DNA from: Salisapilia sapeloensis CBS 127946
Lineage: Eukaryota > Protista > Oomycota
Assembly (NCBI GenBank): GCA_023334545.1
Contig: JAADVB010000010.1
Span: 62,001-126,000, forward strand
Length of the DNA: 64,000 bases
Direction of reading: 5' to 3'
In this document: positions 63,651 to 64,000 of the stretch, piece by piece
Layout of the letters: each line of letters begins with the position of its first letter
How positions within the stretch are numbered: the stretch's first letter is position 1
Program-made: the position numbers and the translations under genes
The notes under the pieces: generated by a model
The model's input: the letters and a program-made list of their open reading frames with translations, nothing else
The model's database searches: none
What the model was told of the DNA's origin: nothing

Positions 63651-64000
63651 ATGGAGACGTATGTGTTCGTTTACGGAACGCTCAAGCGCGGCTTTTTCAA
63701 CTACAACAAGTACCTAGATCCGGCAGAGAAGGCTGATAAAGCTCGCTTCATTGGGGAGGCCAAGACGTCGAACCCGTCGTTCAATCTTGTCCTCAAGAAG
63801 GATCGCTACGTCCCATGTCTGTACCGAGCTGAGAATTCATCGGAAGGATACCAAGTCCCTGGAGAAGTCTATCTTGTTGACAATGAGACGCTAGAAGTGC
63901 TGGACATTTTGGAAGGTGTAAAGGAAAAAATGTACAACCGGGAGACGGAGCCTGTGGAGATTACGTCCGGTGATCGTTCGGGTGAAAAGGTTGACTGCCA
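63651..64000 (+). CDS. Gamma-glutamylcyclotransferase/AIG2-like protein (GGACT-like), truncated by the window end
   Basis: METYVFVYGTLKRGFFN..VPCLY..VPGEVYLVD..LEVLDILEG is open to the end of the window; it is absent from the ORF track, presumably because no stop codon is included. Confidence 0.88.
   Translation, partial: METYVFVYGTLKRGFFNYNKYLDPAEKADKARFIGEAKTSNPSFNLVLKKDRYVPCLYRAENSSEGYQVPGEVYLVDNETLEVLDILEGVKEKMYNRETEPVEITSGDRSGEKVDC

Noticed and set aside
1-64000. tRNA, rRNA, CRISPR arrays, telomeric repeats and transposons
   Set aside because: I saw no cloverleaf A/B boxes, rRNA-like tracts, spaced repeat arrays, or transposase/RT motifs by eye. A tRNAscan-SE or Rfam run would be needed to exclude small RNAs.

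Overview
Compact, gene-dense eukaryotic nuclear DNA, most likely from an oomycete-like stramenopile. The basis is WRKY19-like Cys/His finger repeats, an oomycete-type multipass membrane family, short GT-AG introns (mostly about 50-120 nt) and very short intergenic gaps with alternating head-to-head and tail-to-tail genes. About 30 protein-coding genes can be modelled by eye: a plant-ASCH-family-like protein with a toxin-like C-terminus, MAP2K, a VPS9 GEF, 3-ketoacyl-CoA reductase, G6PD, DOT1, PEX3, EMG1, a 1947-aa NHL/LCCL/EGF surface protein, a CHD remodeller, a TOM1-like protein, a WRKY19-like finger protein, BolA, PPCS, a secreted serine protease, a 4672-aa intronless RCC1/UBA/SPRY/HECT ligase, a delta-9 desaturase, a small secreted acidic protein, a two-pore K+ channel, NSE1, PP2C, an NMNAT-like protein, a minimal CREST protein, a double-length TyrRS, a tandem zf-CW protein and a truncated GGACT-like gene. 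I saw no rRNA, tRNA, CRISPR array or recognisable transposon. The most striking observations are the mirror-image asymmetry of the pseudo-dimeric TyrRS, the nested-domain surface receptor, and the ASCH-less protein with a polymorphic-toxin-like domain. All family assignments come from motif recognition and memory, not database searches, and splice models are manual.
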